Assembly: GCA_044222475.1 (NCBI GenBank)
Contig: JBGANF010000079.1
Span: 1-37,464, forward strand
Length of the DNA stretch: 37,464 nt
From: Polyangiaceae bacterium
Lineage (GTDB): Bacteria > Myxococcota_A > Polyangia > Polyangiales > Polyangiaceae
Direction of reading: 5' to 3'
Part shown: positions 34,417-37,464 of the stretch, piece after piece
Layout: each line of letters starts with the position of its first letter
How positions within the stretch are numbered: the stretch's first letter is position 1
Notes under the pieces: model-generated
Databases searched by the model: none
The model's input: only the letters and a program-made list of their open reading frames with translations
Told to the model about the DNA's origin: nothing
Made by a program: the position numbers and the translations under genes

Positions 34417-35130
34417 GTGCTTCGTTTCGTGACGTCCGCCGTCGCCATCACGCTTGGATTGGGCCTCTTGGCGCCCCGGCTCGCCCACGCGGAGGACGCT
34501 CCGCCGCCGCAGCCGCTCACCGAAGAGCAGGCCAAGGCCGCGATCGAAGGCGGCGAGAAGAAGGACTCGCTCCTTCCGGAGGCCCCCCCCGAGGCCCCGC
34601 CGCCCCCGCCGCGGCACAAAGGCTTCGTCATCGAGCAGACGCTCGGGGCGCTCGGGTTCATCGGCCAGTTCGGGAAGATCGCGCACCCCGCGTTCTACAT
34701 GCACACCCAGTTCGGCTACGAGCTGTTCAGCTGGTTGATGCTCTTCGCCGAGGGGGAGTTCGCGTTCACCGACACCTCGCTCGGCACCGACCCGACGAAA
34801 TCGAAAGCGTTCCCCATCTTCGGCTTCGGCGGCGGCCCGCGGATCACGATTCGGCCGACGGAGCGCTTCGCGTTCTACTTCCAAGGCTGCGTCGGCGGGA
34901 TCATGGCCGACGTGCCGTCGCGCGTGCTCGGCAACCTGGGGTTCATCAACGCGGAGAGCCTCGGCTTCTACGCCGGCGGTCGCGTCGGCATCGAGTGGTA
35001 CCAGGTCGATCGCCACATCGCGCTCGGCCTCGCCGGCGGAACGCGGTTCCTCCCAAGCTTCAAGAAGACGGTCGGCAGCGACACCCCGCTCGGCTGGGAC
35101 GCGGAAGCGTCGCTCCGGTACACGTTCTAG
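34417..35130 (+). CDS. Outer-membrane beta-barrel protein
   Basis: Signal peptide ending AHA; Pro-rich linker; amphipathic strands; C-terminal beta-signal LRYTF. Confidence 0.72.
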   Translation: MLRFVTSAVAITLGLGLLAPRLAHAEDAPPPQPLTEEQAKAAIEGGEKKDSLLPEAPPEAPPPPPRHKGFVIEQTLGALGFIGQFGKIAHPAFYMHTQFGYELFSWLMLFAEGEFAFTDTSLGTDPTKSKAFPIFGFGGGPRITIRPTERFAFYFQGCVGGIMADVPSRVLGNLGFINAESLGFYAGGRVGIEWYQVDRHIALGLAGGTRFLPSFKKTVGSDTPLGWDAEASLRYTF

Positions 35131-35136
35131 TCGGCC

Positions 35137-37440
35137 TCACGTCCACAGCTCCGCGACACGCACGGCGACGGCGGCCCGCGTCTCGGAGAAGAGCGGATCG
35201 TCGCGCAGCGCGTCGAGCGCCGGGCACTTGTCGAGCCACAGAAGATCGGTGAAGGGGAGCCGCTGGAGCTCGGCGATGTGGCGGAGCGCGTGCTCGCGTT
35301 GGCCCATCTGCGCGAAGTACTCCGCCGCGACCTCGTTCATGAGGCAGCGGTGTCGGGGGGCGACGTCGGCGCTCGTCATCGACGTGAACGCCTGCAGGGT
35401 CTCGGGCAGGAACTGCTCGTTGGCAAACGCCTCGATGAGGCCCCCCGCTCTGCCCCACGACGCACCCGAGGGTGCACCATTGAGGACGGTGGCGACCTCT
35501 CGCGCCATGGCACGGTCCTTCCACCAGATGGCGAGCCGCATCTCCATGACGACGACCGACAGTGGGCCGTCGTGGAGCTTCGCGTCACGGAGGATCTCTC
35601 GAACGCGATCGTTCTCGCCGAGGAGCGCACCGAGTCGAGCCCGCTCGATGGTGATGGCTGCGTTTCGCGGCTCGAGCCGCGCCGCGAGCTCGATGCGACG
35701 CCGGCCTTCGTCGATGAAGAGGGACTGACAGAGGAGGCTCCCGATCGCGTGGTGGGCCTCGGCGTAGAGCGGCGCGTGACGGAGACACTCCTCTTCGGCG
35801 CGAAGCGCAGCGGCGAGATCGCCCGCGAGGTAGCGCACCGAAGCGATCACGTGATGGGCGTCAGCGATCGTTTCGTCGTCGACGAGCGCACGGAGCGCGA
35901 GCTCCTCCGCGCGCGAGGGAACGGCGTGTCCACGCGCGCCCGATTGGGTGTGGACGCGGAGGAGCGCGTGAGCGAGGAGCGCGCGAACCCTCGGGTCTCC
36001 CGGCTTCTTGGCCTCGATCTCCTCGAGGATCGAGATCGCTTGGACGACGTCGGCGAAGCTGAACCTGTAGAACGCCGCACGCGCGCGATCGTAGGCTTCG
36101 CGCAGCGACGGGTCGCGGGGGCCCGGGTCGCGCGACGTCTGCCAGCGCACCGTTTCGCGCACGGCGTCGACGACCTGGTCCTCCAGGGTGAGCGTGTCGT
36201 CGAGCGTTCCATCGACGTGCGCCGCCCACACCGGTGACGTTCGCCGCCGGTCGAGCACGCGCAGGCGCGCTCGCACGCGCTCTTTCGCGACGTGGAGCGA
36301 GCCTTGGACCACCAAGTCGGCGCCGGCGCTCGACGGCGGCGGGACGGACGGGGTCGCGCGACCGACGTCTCGCGAGCTCCCTGCGTCCGGGCGAACGAGA
36401 ACCTGTGCGACCCGCGCCTCGACGAGCGCGTCGACGATCGCCGTTTCCAGGACGGTCGCGAGGCGTTCGTGCCCTGCGTCGGCGGTGAACGGTTGTACCG
36501 AAACGGTACGAGGCTGGGCGATCGCCGCGAGCGTGTCGCGGGTGACCGTCTCGAGGCGTCCCACGCGCCCGCGGCGAGGACCGCCGGCGCTCCCGCGCAG
36601 GGCCTCGATGCGATCGACGACCGTCGGTGCATCGGGCCGATCCTCGCGACGGCGCACGAGCATCTGAGCAATCAACTCGACGAGCGCGTCGGGCGTCTGC
36701 GGAGCGTAGGTGCGCACGTCGGGGGCGTCCTGGGTCAGGCGCGCAGCGGCGAGCGCGAACGCGGTCTGTCCTTCGAACGGGAGACGGCCAGCGAGGAGCT
36801 CGAAGAGCATCACCCCGAGCGCGTAGACGTCGGTCCGACCGTCGACCGCGCGGTTCTCGAGCTGCTCGGGCGCCATGTAGGCCGGCGTCCCGACGACTGC
36901 GCCGGTGCGCATGACCTCGATCCCGCCGTCGGCGACCCGGGCGATCCCGAAGTCGGTGAGGACGACCCGGTCGTCCGTGACGAGGACGTTGTCCGGCTTG
37001 AGGTCGCGATGGACGACGCCCGCGGCGTGAGCCGCGGTGAGGCCGTGGCTGATCTCGGAGGCGACGCGGAGCGTCTCGACGAGGCTGATCGGGCCCTCGC
37101 TCGCGCATCGGCCGAGGGAGCGCCCTCCGACGAGCTCCATCGTGAGAAAGCGCACGACGCCGTGGACCCCGAGGTCGAACGTGCGCGCGACGTTTCGGTG
37201 CGTGACCCGACGCGCGAGCTTCACCTCTCGGCGAAACCGCGTGAGAGAAGCCTTGTCGGCCGCGACCTCGGTGTGGAGGATCTTGAGCGCGACGCGATCG
37301 TCGAGCTCTCGATCCAGCGCGCGGAACACGGTCCCCATCCCGCCTTCGCCGAGCATCGCTTCGAGCTCGTAGCGATCGGCGAGCACCGTGCCGACCGAGT
37401 AGGGGAGCGCTTGGGTCGGAGCGCTCGCGGGATCGCTCAT
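35137..37440 (-). CDS. Hanks-type Ser/Thr protein kinase with TolB-N-like and TPR region
   Basis: LGEGGMGTV, VALK, HRDLKPDN, DFG and GTPAYMAPE, with helical repeats C-terminally. The frame stays open to the window edge, so the start could lie further upstream. Confidence 0.9.
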   Translation of the reverse strand: MSDPASAPTQALPYSVGTVLADRYELEAMLGEGGMGTVFRALDRELDDRVALKILHTEVAADKASLTRFRREVKLARRVTHRNVARTFDLGVHGVVRFLTMELVGGRSLGRCASEGPISLVETLRVASEISHGLTAAHAAGVVHRDLKPDNVLVTDDRVVLTDFGIARVADGGIEVMRTGAVVGTPAYMAPEQLENRAVDGRTDVYALGVMLFELLAGRLPFEGQTAFALAAARLTQDAPDVRTYAPQTPDALVELIAQMLVRRREDRPDAPTVVDRIEALRGSAGGPRRGRVGRLETVTRDTLAAIAQPRTVSVQPFTADAGHERLATVLETAIVDALVEARVAQVLVRPDAGSSRDVGRATPSVPPPSSAGADLVVQGSLHVAKERVRARLRVLDRRRTSPVWAAHVDGTLDDTLTLEDQVVDAVRETVRWQTSRDPGPRDPSLREAYDRARAAFYRFSFADVVQAISILEEIEAKKPGDPRVRALLAHALLRVHTQSGARGHAVPSRAEELALRALVDDETIADAHHVIASVRYLAGDLAAALRAEEECLRHAPLYAEAHHAIGSLLCQSLFIDEGRRRIELAARLEPRNAAITIERARLGALLGENDRVREILRDAKLHDGPLSVVVMEMRLAIWWKDRAMAREVATVLNGAPSGASWGRAGGLIEAFANEQFLPETLQAFTSMTSADVAPRHRCLMNEVAAEYFAQMGQREHALRHIAELQRLPFTDLLWLDKCPALDALRDDPLFSETRAAVAVRVAELWT

Positions 37441-37464
37441 CTCACCGTCCGACTTGAGGTACGA

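Noticed and set aside
31798..35016. 1072-aa minus-strand ORF and other Arg/Pro-rich ORFs overlapping DUF4132
   Set aside because: Alternative-frame or antisense artefacts with no domain motifs.
37441..37464. Possible 3' end of an upstream gene
   Set aside because: Only 24 nt are visible, so it cannot be distinguished from an N-terminal extension of the kinase.

Overview
High-GC chromosomal window with no rRNA, tRNA, CRISPR array or recognisable mobile element. The gene families (many Cys-lipoproteins, an RCC1-repeat protein, STAND-TPR-wHTH regulator, Ser/Thr kinase-TPR, DUF4132, Bacillus-type SdhC) suggest Myxococcota, probably Polyangiales; this is inference. There are about 30 genes. Housekeeping genes include class I aldolase, YjbQ, Leu/Phe/Val dehydrogenase, an LpoA-like lipoprotein and a split sdhC / sdhAB locus. 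Also present are a GldA/GldF/GldG/DUF4340 ABC operon and many secreted proteins. The strongest leads are: (1) a tetraether-synthase (Tes/GDGT-MAS)-family radical SAM enzyme that lacks the N-terminal auxiliary Fe-S motif; (2) long poly-Asp/Glu tracts on both sides of a single in-frame TGA between the ABC ATPase and the permease; (3) a STAND regulator plus small secreted protein between sdhC and sdhA, with an 11-bp-periodic heptamer repeat; (4) twin 20-bp operators between TetR and a Coq4-like gene; (5) a window-wide leaderless-promoter pattern; (6) a bacterial ALK/LTK-like glycine-rich lipoprotein; (7) a frameshifted acyl-CoA dehydrogenase-like gene. All family calls come from motif recognition by eye; no database search was run.
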